Below, in pieces: positions 51,862-60,898 of a DNA stretch of 64,000 bases. The notes under the pieces are model-generated. The model saw nothing but the letters and a program-made list of their open reading frames with translations, was not told where the DNA came from and made no database searches. This DNA is from Dehalococcoidia bacterium (lineage in GTDB: Bacteria > Chloroflexota > Dehalococcoidia > Bin125): the NCBI GenBank assembly GCA_965221705.1, contig OZ244908.1:1011564-1075563 (forward strand), written 5' to 3'. Both the position numbers and the translations under genes were made by a program. Within the stretch, counting starts at the first letter, position 1; every line of letters begins with the position of its first letter.

Positions 51862-52743
51862 TCAGGCTGTCTCTTCACTCCGGCGGCCGGTTACCACCTC
51901 GAGAAAGCGCTCGACGGCCTGCGGGCGGCCCTCGGCGGGCGTCGACGCGATAGTCGCAGTCAACGCTGAGCCGATGATAGCAGCATGCGCGACATCGCCG
52001 ACGGCTTCGACATGCTCACGTCGGCTGATGCCGAATCCGACCGCCAACGGCGTGTCAGTTTGCGTTCGCACGCGCTGTACGAACGACGCCATGTCGTCGG
52101 GCAGTTGGTTTCGTTCCCCGGTGACGCCGGTCAAGGACAAGACATAGATAAATCCTGACGCGCGCTCGACGGTGGACGCGATGCGCTCCTCGGTCGAGGT
52201 CGGCGCGAGGAAGTAGATCAGCGAGATGCCATGTTGGGCGAAGACCTCGCGCGTCGCCTCTGATTCGTCGGCGGGCAGGTCGACGACGATGATCCCATCG
52301 GCCCCGGCCTCGGCCGCGCGGCGGGCGAGCGGTTCGAGCGGTCGAGCGACCGCCTGGCCTGGTCTGTCGTCAGTCTCGGTCGAGTCGCGTTGCGCCTCTG
52401 ACCAGGCGAGGAAGGGATTGAGATAGCCCATCAGCGTGAGCGCTGTGTCGGGGCCTGCTTCGCGCGCGATTCGGACGGCGTCGAGCGCCGTGTCGACGGT
52501 GGCGCCGGCATCGAGCGCGACGTTGTAGGCCTCTTGATGCGTCGGCCCGTCAGCGATCGGGTCGGAGAAGGGCACGCCGATCTCGAATCCCGCCGCGCCG
52601 CCGCGCAGCGCCGCGCGGACCAAGTCCGGCGTTTCTGCGGGTGTGGGAAAACCGGCGATGAGGAAGGGGAAGACCAACGGTCCATCGCCGCGAGCCTCCG
52701 CCGCCGCGAAGGCCTCTCGGTAGCGCTTGCCTGGTTCGGACAT
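51862..52743 (-). CDS. trpA: Tryptophan synthase alpha chain
   Basis: FPFLIAGFPT, GFEIGVPFSDPIADGP and GFGIS motifs. Confidence 0.9.
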   Translation of the reverse strand: MSEPGKRYREAFAAAEARGDGPLVFPFLIAGFPTPAETPDLVRAALRGGAAGFEIGVPFSDPIADGPTHQEAYNVALDAGATVDTALDAVRIAREAGPDTALTLMGYLNPFLAWSEAQRDSTETDDRPGQAVARPLEPLARRAAEAGADGIIVVDLPADESEATREVFAQHGISLIYFLAPTSTEERIASTVERASGFIYVLSLTGVTGERNQLPDDMASFVQRVRTQTDTPLAVGFGISRREHVEAVGDVAHAAIIGSALTATIASTPAEGRPQAVERFLEVVTGRRSEETA

Positions 52744-52752
52744 CCTGCCTCC

Positions 52753-53508
52753 TCAACCGAGCTGTTGGGCCACGGTCGTTGAAAACCCGATCACATTGAA
52801 GCCCATGTGCGCCATCGACGCAGCGGTGAGCGATCCTGTGCGCATGTACACGATGCCGAGCGCCACGCCCGCCACCGCGAATGGAATCAAACTACCGAGA
52901 TCGGCGTGCAGCGCCGAGAATATCGAGGCTGAGATTGCGACAGCCGGGATTGCGCCCCAGTGCGGTCGCAGTCCGCCGAGAACGAATCCTCGCGCGAACG
53001 CTTCCTCGTAGATCGGCGCGCAGATGATGACGAGGAAGCCCAGCGCGACAATCACCGATGTGTGTTCGAACAGTCGAGGATCGCTAATCGTCGACTCGGG
53101 CTCGAGCGCCTCTACGCCTATGGCCTGGACGATCAACCCATACACCGTGAGTACCACCACGATGGTGAGCACTGCGCCGACCGCCCAGGCGACGTCGTTG
53201 GGCGTCGGACGACGCCAAGAGATAGCGTTCGAGCCGCGTCGTCGGCGCAGGATCAGTCTTGGCAGGATGAACCAGCCCAGCATGCCGGCGATCAGTTGAC
53301 CGAAGACGACGATCAGCAGTCCCGCCTCGCTGGTCGCCTCTGACGCGCCGTCGACCTCGCTAACGACGGCGAGCGTGACTGCGGTGACGAGCACCCAGAC
53401 CAGGGTGCAGAGCAGTCCCCAGCCAACGAGTTGCAGACCGGCCAGGCCGTGGTCGACGGACTGTTCGTCCTGGACGGATTCAGTGAGCTCGAGATCGGGC
53501 TGTGTCAT
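52753..53508 (-). CDS. CPBP-family intramembrane metalloprotease (CAAX protease / Abi-like), copy 2
   Basis: Multi-transmembrane protein with CPBP motifs (EExxxR-like EEAFARGFVLG, FxxxH-like IFSALHADLG, and HMGFN). Confidence 0.75.
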   Translation of the reverse strand: MTQPDLELTESVQDEQSVDHGLAGLQLVGWGLLCTLVWVLVTAVTLAVVSEVDGASEATSEAGLLIVVFGQLIAGMLGWFILPRLILRRRRGSNAISWRRPTPNDVAWAVGAVLTIVVVLTVYGLIVQAIGVEALEPESTISDPRLFEHTSVIVALGFLVIICAPIYEEAFARGFVLGGLRPHWGAIPAVAISASIFSALHADLGSLIPFAVAGVALGIVYMRTGSLTAASMAHMGFNVIGFSTTVAQQLG

Positions 53509-54377
53509 CCGACGCCGTATTCAATCAGTAGGACGGTCGTGACGCCGAGATTCCATGATGCATGCGTCAGCGCCGGCGCGATCAAGTGCTTGGTGCGGAT
53601 GTACATGACGCCGAGTATGAGTCCGAAGACGGCGAAGGGAATGATGACTTGCAGGTTGAAGTGCACGGCCGAGAACAGCAGCGCGCTCAGCGCGAGCGAG
53701 GGAATCAGCCACCAGACGCGATTCAGCCCGCCCAGCATGAATCCGCGGAAGAACGTCTCCTCGACGATTGGCGCCACGATGACAGCGCTCGCGGCGAACA
53801 ACGCTGCGTGCCACCAGGTGAAGAAGACGGTGACCTGAGCATCGTCTGGCCAAGGGAGCGGCAGCGCCCACTCCCAGCCGGTCCAGGGAATGACAGCCCA
53901 GTAGGCGAACCAGAAGGCGACCATGAGCGCCAGCGCGGCGGCTATCCACTTGGCGTCCTGACGGGTGGGTCGACGCCAGGCGACGAGGTAGTTCGCGCGA
54001 TGTCGCTTCAGGATCCAGCGTGGAATCGCCACCCAACAGATGACGGACGCTACCACCCCGCCTGCGACGGTGACGACAAACCACCAATCCCAACCAAGGG
54101 ACTCATGGGCCGACGTTTCAATGAGCAGAACGTACAATCCGCCGAGCAGAACGAATGAGAGCACCGTCAGAAACAGGACGCGCACGAGCATCCGCACTCG
54201 GCCGAGGGTCCGTTCGGGCATCGGTTCGGCCGAAACGGGACGTGTCGCGACGGGTTGGTCATCTGACGGCGGCGAGTACGGAAGTGACGCCGGCGGCGCC
54301 GGTCGGGCGACGAGCGCCAGGGCGGCCTGTTGGTGGGCGGGCCGCGCCACGAGCTCCATGTCGCCGTCGGGCGTCAT
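53505..54377 (-). CDS. CPBP-family intramembrane metalloprotease (CAAX protease / Abi-like), copy 1
   Basis: [20 protein letters not shown] and HASWN motifs. Tandem paralogue of the downstream gene, with 4-nt overlaps to both neighbours. Confidence 0.75.
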   Translation of the reverse strand: MTPDGDMELVARPAHQQAALALVARPAPPASLPYSPPSDDQPVATRPVSAEPMPERTLGRVRMLVRVLFLTVLSFVLLGGLYVLLIETSAHESLGWDWWFVVTVAGGVVASVICWVAIPRWILKRHRANYLVAWRRPTRQDAKWIAAALALMVAFWFAYWAVIPWTGWEWALPLPWPDDAQVTVFFTWWHAALFAASAVIVAPIVEETFFRGFMLGGLNRVWWLIPSLALSALLFSAVHFNLQVIIPFAVFGLILGVMYIRTKHLIAPALTHASWNLGVTTVLLIEYGVG

Positions 54378-55555
54378 GTCGCTCGCGATTCGAGGGCGTC
54401 GCGGACGATCTCGACATCTTTGTCGCCGCGGCCTGAGAGACCGATCAGGATGACCTGGTGGGGACTCATCGTCGGCGCGAGCTTGGCCGCGTACGCGATC
54501 GCGTGCGCGGTCTCTAAAGCGGGGATGATGCCTTCCGTCTCCGAGAGCAGCTGGAGTCCGTCGAGCGCTTCGTCATCGGTGACGGAGACGTATTCGGCGC
54601 GTTCGGTCAGCATCAGGAAGGCGTGCTCGGGACCGACGCCGGGATAGTCGAGACCGGCCGAGATCGAGTGCGCCTCGGTGATCTGTCCGTGAGCGTCCTG
54701 CAGGACGTAGGTCCGCGTGCCATGCAGCACGCCTGGCGAGCCGGCTGAGAGGGTTGCCGCGTGTCGAGCCTGGAGTCCCTCGCCGGCGGCCTCGACGCCG
54801 ATCAGACGTACGGGGTCGTCAACGAAGGGGTGAAACAGACCGATCGCGTTGCTGCCGCCGCCGACGCAGGCGATGGCGACGTCGGGCAGCGCGCCGAGGC
54901 GCTCGTGCAGCTGCTGTTTCGCTTCACGGCCGATACACGACTGCAGCTCGCGGACGATCAACGGATAGGGATGCGGGCCGATCGCGCTGCCGATCAGGTA
55001 GTGCGTCGTTCGGACATTGGTGACCCAATCGCGGATCGCCTCGTTGATGGCGTCCTTGAGCGTCTGCGAGCCCGATTCGACGGGGACAACCTCCGCGCCC
55101 AACAACTGCATGCGAAAGACGTTGAGCGCCTGTCGACGGATGTCCTCCGCGCCCATGTAGACAATGCACTCGATGCCGTATCGGGCGCAAGCGGTCGCGG
55201 TGGCGACGCCGTGTTGACCGGCGCCGGTTTCGGCGATGATGCGAGGCTTGCCCATGCGTCGAGCGAGCAGCACCTGACCAACCGCGTTGTTGATCTTGTG
55301 CGCTCCCGTGTGGGCCAGATCCTCGCGCTTGAACCAGATCTGGGCGCCGCCCAGTTGTTCCGTCAGTCGAGGAGCGAACGTCAGCGGCGTCTCGCGTCCG
55401 ACGTATTCGCGCAGCATCTCATCGAGCTCGAGCCGAAAGGCGGGATCGTCCTGCGCCTCGGCCCAGGCCGCCTCGAGTTCGTCCAGCGCCGGCATCAACG
55501 TTTCGGGCGCAAACTGTCCGCCGAATGGGCCGAAGGCTCCTGATGTATCGCTCAC
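54374..55555 (-). CDS. trpB: Tryptophan synthase beta chain
   Basis: Canonical TrpB sequence with the PLP-lysine region ([13 protein letters not shown]) and GGGSNAIG motif. Confidence 0.95.
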   Translation of the reverse strand: MSDTSGAFGPFGGQFAPETLMPALDELEAAWAEAQDDPAFRLELDEMLREYVGRETPLTFAPRLTEQLGGAQIWFKREDLAHTGAHKINNAVGQVLLARRMGKPRIIAETGAGQHGVATATACARYGIECIVYMGAEDIRRQALNVFRMQLLGAEVVPVESGSQTLKDAINEAIRDWVTNVRTTHYLIGSAIGPHPYPLIVRELQSCIGREAKQQLHERLGALPDVAIACVGGGSNAIGLFHPFVDDPVRLIGVEAAGEGLQARHAATLSAGSPGVLHGTRTYVLQDAHGQITEAHSISAGLDYPGVGPEHAFLMLTERAEYVSVTDDEALDGLQLLSETEGIIPALETAHAIAYAAKLAPTMSPHQVILIGLSGRGDKDVEIVRDALESRAT

Positions 55556-56235
55556 GAGTCGTCCTCGCTCTTGGCCGCGGCGACGAACGCGCGGATCTTG
55601 GTCTGGTCTTTGACGCCGTCCGTCTCGACTCCTGAAGAGACATCGACGGCCCAGGGTCGCACGGCGCGCACCGCTTCACGGACGTTGTCAGGGGTGAGTC
55701 CGCCCGACAGCACCAGACGCCGTTGGGCGGCGACGTCGGCGGCGACTGACCAATCGATCGTCTTACCGCTGCCGCCGCCCTGTTTGGATCGAGCGTCGAG
55801 CAAGGCGATCGCGGAGGGCGCGCGGTCGATCTCGCACAATACCGCTGGCGCGTCCATGCTCTCGTCGACATGGACGGCGCGGACAACGGCCCGTTTGATT
55901 CGAGTGGTCAACGCCGGATGCTCTCCGCCGCTGAGCTGCACGATGTCAAGGTCGACTTGGTCGAGCACGCGCTCGATCTCATCTACTGACTGCCGCGCGA
56001 AGACGCCCACGAGCAGCGGACGGCCAGCCGCGCGACGTTCGCGCTCGACGGTGTCGGGCGTTGCTTCGAGGACTTGAATGCGCGGACCGAGCTCTCGCCG
56101 CACGGCTCGGGCGACGGGCATGTCGATCCGCCGCGGCGCGTCGGCGAAGATCATGCCGACGGCGTCGGCGCCGGCTTCACGAGCCCAGACGGCGTGCTCG
56201 ACTGCGCGAACGGAGCAGATTTTGACGAACGTCAT
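55552..56235 (-). CDS. trpF: N-(5'-phosphoribosyl)anthranilate isomerase
   Basis: KICSVR..., GADAVGMIF and [10 protein letters not shown]...VDVSSGVE motifs. Confidence 0.85.
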   Translation of the reverse strand: MTFVKICSVRAVEHAVWAREAGADAVGMIFADAPRRIDMPVARAVRRELGPRIQVLEATPDTVERERRAAGRPLLVGVFARQSVDEIERVLDQVDLDIVQLSGGEHPALTTRIKRAVVRAVHVDESMDAPAVLCEIDRAPSAIALLDARSKQGGGSGKTIDWSVAADVAAQRRLVLSGGLTPDNVREAVRAVRPWAVDVSSGVETDGVKDQTKIRAFVAAAKSEDDS

Positions 56236-57017
56236 CGTCCCAACAACTCTCGCGCCGCGGCTCGCGGATCGGCCGCGGTCGATAGCGCCTCGCCGATCAG
56301 GACGGCATTGACGCCGCAGGCTTCCATGCGCTGCATGTCAGCTCTCGTGCGCACGCCGCTGGCGGCGACGACCGGGATGTGCGATGGAATCTCGTCACGC
56401 AGACGTTCGGTCGTGCCCAGGTCTTCTGTGAAGGTGTGCAGGTCGCGGTTGTTGATGCCGATCGCCGCAGCGCCCGCTTCGAGCGCCATCGAGGTTTCGC
56501 GCGCGTCGGTGACTTCGACGAATGGCGTCAGATCGAACTCCTCGCCCGCCTCAATCAGCGATCGGAGCGCGGTGGCGTCAAGCGTCTTTGCGATCAGCAG
56601 ATAGGCGTCCGCGCCGAGCGCCGCCGCCTCAGCGACTTGGTAGCGATCGACATGAAACTCCTTGCGCAGGATCGGCAGACCGCTGCCTGAGAGCGTCTCG
56701 ACGACGTCACAGAGATCGTCGTCGGAGGCGAAGAACGCCGGCGACGTGAGCACGGAGACGGCGATCGCGCCGATCTCGCGGTAGGTCGCGGCCAACTCGC
56801 GAGGCGACAAGTCCGGCGCGAAGAGACCCTTCGAGGGCGAGCCGCGTTTGACCTCGGCCATCAGTCCGACGCCGGGCTGTTTGAGCGCGGCGATGAAGTC
56901 GGTTCGCGACGACCGAGCGAGCGCTCGTTGGCGCAGGGCTTCGATTGGCAACGTCGCCTGACGTTCCGCGACGGCGGCGCGGGTGTCGTCGACGATTTGC
57001 TCCAACACCGATGGCAT
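56232..57017 (-). CDS. trpC: Indole-3-glycerol phosphate synthase
   Basis: ALKQ...GLMAEVKRGSPSKG, ...IGINNRDLHTF... IGPS motifs. Confidence 0.9.
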   Translation of the reverse strand: MPSVLEQIVDDTRAAVAERQATLPIEALRQRALARSSRTDFIAALKQPGVGLMAEVKRGSPSKGLFAPDLSPRELAATYREIGAIAVSVLTSPAFFASDDDLCDVVETLSGSGLPILRKEFHVDRYQVAEAAALGADAYLLIAKTLDATALRSLIEAGEEFDLTPFVEVTDARETSMALEAGAAAIGINNRDLHTFTEDLGTTERLRDEIPSHIPVVAASGVRTRADMQRMEACGVNAVLIGEALSTAADPRAAARELLGR

Positions 57018-57026
57018 GCGTGCGTC

Positions 57027-58109
57027 CTATGCCCCTGAGTCGGCGCCCGAGTCAGCGCCTGCGGCGATCGCCTGCGAACGCTCGACGAACAGTTCCAGCT
57101 TACGCAGGGCGCGTTGATCGTCGATGCATTCGGCCGCGCGACTGACGCCTTCGGCGAATGTGGGCACTTCTTCAGCGGCGAGCAGTCCGGCGGCGGCGTT
57201 GAGGGTGACGAAGCCTGTCAGCGCCGAAGTCTGACCACCGAGGACGGCGCGCATCATTGCAGCCGACTCGTCGGCGGTTGCGCCGCCCCGAACCTCGGAA
57301 AGCGCGACGGGTCTGATCTGCACGTCTTGCGGCGAGACGGTGAACTCGGACAGCTCGTCGCCGTCGATCTGCCAACAGGTGGTTGGACCCTCTGGCGAGA
57401 CCTCGTCCAGTCCTTCGTGTCCGTGCACGACGAGTCCGCGCCGCAGTCCGAGCCGACCCAGCGCCGCAGCCATGAGCGGTCCCAGCTCGGGTCGCGCAAC
57501 GCCGATCAGCTGATGCGTCGCTCGGGCGGGGTTGGTCAGCGGACCGAGGATGTTGAAGACGGTGCGGACGCCGATCCGACGCCTGATCGGCGCGACGTGC
57601 CGCATAGCGGGATGAAACCCCTGCGCGAACAGGAAGCCAAAGCCCACTTCACGGAGCAACTCGGCGGCCTGCGCTGGTTGGAGCGTGATCTGCCCGCCGA
57701 GCGCCTCAAGCACGTCGGCGCTGCCAACGCTCGATGACATGGCTCGATTGCCGTGCTTGGCGACGGGCACGCCGCAACCGGCCATGACGAACGCGGCTGC
57801 GGTCGAGGCGTTGAACGCGTGCGTCCCGGAGCCGCCCGTACCGGCGGTGTCGGCGATGCGGGGCAGGTCGGAGAGGTCGACTTCGAGCGCATGCGCGCGC
57901 ATCGCGCGCGCGAGGCCGACGACCTCATCGACGGACTCGCCCTTCATGCGCAAACCCGTGAGCAGCGCCGCCGCTTGCACTTCGTCGGCCTCGCCGGACA
58001 TCAGAGCGTCCATTGCCGACGACGCCTCGGCGTCGGACAAACTGCGCCGTTCGTCGACGATGGCGTTCAGCGCGGCCGCGAGGTCGGCCGTCGGAGCGGC
58101 TGAACTCAT
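57027..58109 (-). CDS. trpD: Anthranilate phosphoribosyltransferase
   Basis: DTAGTGGSG, HGNRAMSSSVGSADVLEALG and surrounding TrpD sequence. Confidence 0.9.
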   Translation of the reverse strand: MSSAAPTADLAAALNAIVDERRSLSDAEASSAMDALMSGEADEVQAAALLTGLRMKGESVDEVVGLARAMRAHALEVDLSDLPRIADTAGTGGSGTHAFNASTAAAFVMAGCGVPVAKHGNRAMSSSVGSADVLEALGGQITLQPAQAAELLREVGFGFLFAQGFHPAMRHVAPIRRRIGVRTVFNILGPLTNPARATHQLIGVARPELGPLMAAALGRLGLRRGLVVHGHEGLDEVSPEGPTTCWQIDGDELSEFTVSPQDVQIRPVALSEVRGGATADESAAMMRAVLGGQTSALTGFVTLNAAAGLLAAEEVPTFAEGVSRAAECIDDQRALRKLELFVERSQAIAAGADSGADSGA

Positions 58110-58747
58110 CGCGCCGCCTCAGAAGTCGCGGCGTCGGGGCGCTCGTTGTGCCAGGCCTCAGATTGGTCGAGGAAGTTGCGCAGCAGCGCGTGACCGACTT
58201 TGGTGCGGATCGACTCGGGGTGGAACTGGACGCCCTCGATCGGATAGTCGGTGTGTCGCAGACCCATCAGCACGCGACCGTCGCCGTTGTGACGCTCACA
58301 CCAGGCGGTCGGCGTGAGCTCGGGCGGGAGCGTATCGGGGTCGACGGCTAACGAGTGATAGCGTACCGCCTCGACGGGATTGGGCAACCCGACGAAGACG
58401 CCGCCGCCGTCGTGCTCGATCGGCGATGTCTTGCCGTGTCGAATCTCGCCGGCGGGTCCGATGGTTGCGCCGAACGCGGCGCCGATCGATTGATGTCCGA
58501 GGCAGACGCCCAAGGTTGGAGTTGTCGGACCGAACCGCTGCAACACGGGCACGCTGACGCCGGCTTCGCGCGGCGTTTTGGGGCCAGGCGAGATCACGAT
58601 CCGACGCGGCGCCAGTTCCTCGATCTCGTCGAGCGAGATCTGGTCGTTGCGATGCACGACGACCTCAGCGCCGAGCTCGCAAAGGTACTGATAGAGGTTG
58701 TACGTAAACGAGTCGTAGTTGTCGATCAGTAACGTATCAATCGCCAT
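58106..58747 (-). CDS. trpG: Anthranilate synthase component II (glutamine amidotransferase TrpG/PabA)
   Basis: LLIDNYDSFTYNL, GVCLGHQ (catalytic Cys) and the HPES motif. Confidence 0.9.
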   Translation of the reverse strand: MAIDTLLIDNYDSFTYNLYQYLCELGAEVVVHRNDQISLDEIEELAPRRIVISPGPKTPREAGVSVPVLQRFGPTTPTLGVCLGHQSIGAAFGATIGPAGEIRHGKTSPIEHDGGGVFVGLPNPVEAVRYHSLAVDPDTLPPELTPTAWCERHNGDGRVLMGLRHTDYPIEGVQFHPESIRTKVGHALLRNFLDQSEAWHNERPDAATSEAAR

Positions 58748-59543
58748 CGTTGGAGGCCTCGCGTTCTCTGAGGATGCGTCGCAGCGTGCGGTAGCCCTCG
58801 ACTGCGCGGGGGAATCCGCAGTAGGGCGCGGCGGTCGCCATGACGCCCTCGAGCTCCCGCTCAGTGACGCCGTGGTTGAGCGCGCCGGGGATGTGGAACT
58901 GCAGCTCGTCGGGCTTGGTCAGCGCGACAAGGATTGAAACGACCACGAGCGAGCGGTCGCGTCTGGAGAGTTGCGTCCTGGGCCAGAGGTCGCCGAAGGC
59001 GAATTCGAAGGCCAGCTTGCCGACCGCTCCGATGCGCTCCATGCCGGCCAACGCCTCGGCTGGATCTTGCGCTTCGTCTTGACCGTTGAGCGTGCGCATC
59101 ACTTCGACGGCGTCGCGGTGGCGCTGGTCGTCGTCTTTGTGATCGGCGGGCGGGATGCGATAGGGCTCGCCGTCCGCTTCCGACCACATTTCGACCAGCA
59201 CGTTGACCATCTCGTTGCCGGCCGGGAATCCAGAGTAGCCCGCGATCTGCAGGGCGATTTCGATCATCTCCTCGCGCGAGACGCCATTGGCTGGTCCGAA
59301 GCTGGCATGGAATCTCACCGCCTGCAGTCGCTCGAGCGCGCCGAGCATGGCGAGGGCGACGATGGTTCGGTCGCGTCGCGACAGCTCGTCGCCTTGCCAC
59401 ACCTGGCCAAAGACGTAGTCGACGACGAATGAGCCGAACGCGCCGTTCTGTTGCTCAATGGCGTCACCGATGGCGTCGGGTCGGCCGGTCATTTCGGACA
59501 GCAACGAGCTGCCCGCTGCGCGTCGTTCTGCATGTGTCGGCAT
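58737..59543 (-). CDS. Carboxymuconolactone decarboxylase (CMD/AhpD-like) family protein with two tandem CMD domains
   Basis: Two repeats of the CMD-family pattern (FGQVWQGDELSRRDRTIVALAMLGAL...IAGYSGFPAG and FGDLWPRTQLSRRDRSLVVVSILVAL...APYCGFPRA). The ORF extends to 59738; the preferred start is MPTHAERRAAG at about 59543. Confidence 0.7.
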   Translation of the reverse strand: MPTHAERRAAGSSLLSEMTGRPDAIGDAIEQQNGAFGSFVVDYVFGQVWQGDELSRRDRTIVALAMLGALERLQAVRFHASFGPANGVSREEMIEIALQIAGYSGFPAGNEMVNVLVEMWSEADGEPYRIPPADHKDDDQRHRDAVEVMRTLNGQDEAQDPAEALAGMERIGAVGKLAFEFAFGDLWPRTQLSRRDRSLVVVSILVALTKPDELQFHIPGALNHGVTERELEGVMATAAPYCGFPRAVEGYRTLRRILREREASNDGD

Positions 59544-59599
59544 AGTGATCCTCGTCTCAATGCGACCTGCGCGCCTGAAGCGCGAGCTTGGCGCGCATT

Positions 59600-60898
59600 C
59601 TACGGAGCCTCTTGCTGTGAGGTTGCGGACGGGTCGGAACGCAGTCGCTGCAGCACGCGCGCCGCGTCGGATGATCGGGGCAGGCCGCAGAAGGCTGAGA
59701 CGATGGCGATCACGCCATCGAGCTCGTCCCAGTTGCAACCAAGCCGATGCGCCGTGTGGAGGTCTTGTTCGAGCTCACGCGTGCGGCCGATCGCCGTGTG
59801 CATCGCCAGGACGGCGATCGCGCGATCTCGCTGCGAGAGCTGAGTTCGGTTCCAGACATCGCCCCAGGCCCAGTCGACGGTGAGCCGACCGACCGAGCCG
59901 AGCTGTCGTTGCGCGTCTTGCGCAATGGCGTCGGGACTGTTGGTTCGACCGGTCAGCATCTCTGACACGGCAGCGGCGTCTCGTCGCCGCGCGTCGTCGT
60001 CCTTGCCGATAGCCGGACTTGGCCGATACGGCTCGCTGGTTCGGCTCCAATCGGAAAGCATTCTGGTCAGGCAGGCGTTGGCGAAGGGGAAGCCGCACTC
60101 GACTGACAGCTGGACACAGATCTCGACGATTTCGTCGCGGCCGAGGCCGTTGCGTTCGCCGATCGATGCGTTGAATGCGAATGCGTCGACCTGCATCAGC
60201 GCGCCCGCGGCGGACATCGCGGCCAGACTGCGGTCGCGTCCATTCAGCTGATCGTCCTGCCAGATGTCTCCCCAGATGTGGTCAATGAGGTAGGAGCCGA
60301 ACGCTCCCATTCGCGACTCGATGGCGTTGGCGAAGTCGTCTTGCCGAGTGAGCTGCGAGAGCAGCGCGGCGCCGGCCTCGCGCCGCTCGTCGTGTGTGCG
60401 GGTCGGGATCGGCTCAGACGCGGGCGACGGCTCGTCCGCGAAGAGCGCGTCGAGGCTGGAGTCCGTCTCGAAGTCCCAACCCTGCTCGATTCTTTGGATC
60501 ACCGTCGAGAGCAACTCCGCTTGGGCCAGTGGCAGTTCGGCGATCGCTGAGCTGACGTCCCACCATTCCATCGCGTCGAAGGGGTTGTTCTCATCGGATG
60601 GCGCGCCGTCGAGCGCGGCCTCGACGGAAACGACGTATGCGTTGTGCACCGTGTGTCTGCCGCTCTGCGGTTCGTCGCCGAAGACCGTGTGCGCGTACGC
60701 GGCGCTGACTCGTTGACGCAGGAGGCGCGCGAAGAATCTCGGCACGGTCTGGTCGGGATCTTCGCTGAGCGGCGTGACATCGCCGGGCAGCCACCAGGAG
60801 TCGGGCCAGAGCGACTCGCGCTCGCGCCGCCGAAGCAGCATCACGCGTCCGGCATCGTCGAAGACGACGCCGTAGCCGATGATCAGCGACTCTGGCAT
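59600..60898 (-). CDS. Fusion protein: degenerate Nudix-fold domain plus two CMD (carboxymuconolactone decarboxylase-family) domains
   Basis: Nudix-fold N-terminus (GYGVVFDDAGRVMLLRRRERES...WWLPGD) in which the Nudix box lacks the REx2EE glutamates, followed by two CMD repeats paralogous to the downstream gene (WGDIWQDDQLNGRDRSLAAMSAAGAL...; WGDVWNRTQLSQRDRAIAVLAMHTAI...FCGLPRS). The start overlaps the trpE stop as TGATG. Confidence 0.7.
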   Translation of the reverse strand: MPESLIIGYGVVFDDAGRVMLLRRRERESLWPDSWWLPGDVTPLSEDPDQTVPRFFARLLRQRVSAAYAHTVFGDEPQSGRHTVHNAYVVSVEAALDGAPSDENNPFDAMEWWDVSSAIAELPLAQAELLSTVIQRIEQGWDFETDSSLDALFADEPSPASEPIPTRTHDERREAGAALLSQLTRQDDFANAIESRMGAFGSYLIDHIWGDIWQDDQLNGRDRSLAAMSAAGALMQVDAFAFNASIGERNGLGRDEIVEICVQLSVECGFPFANACLTRMLSDWSRTSEPYRPSPAIGKDDDARRRDAAAVSEMLTGRTNSPDAIAQDAQRQLGSVGRLTVDWAWGDVWNRTQLSQRDRAIAVLAMHTAIGRTRELEQDLHTAHRLGCNWDELDGVIAIVSAFCGLPRSSDAARVLQRLRSDPSATSQQEAP

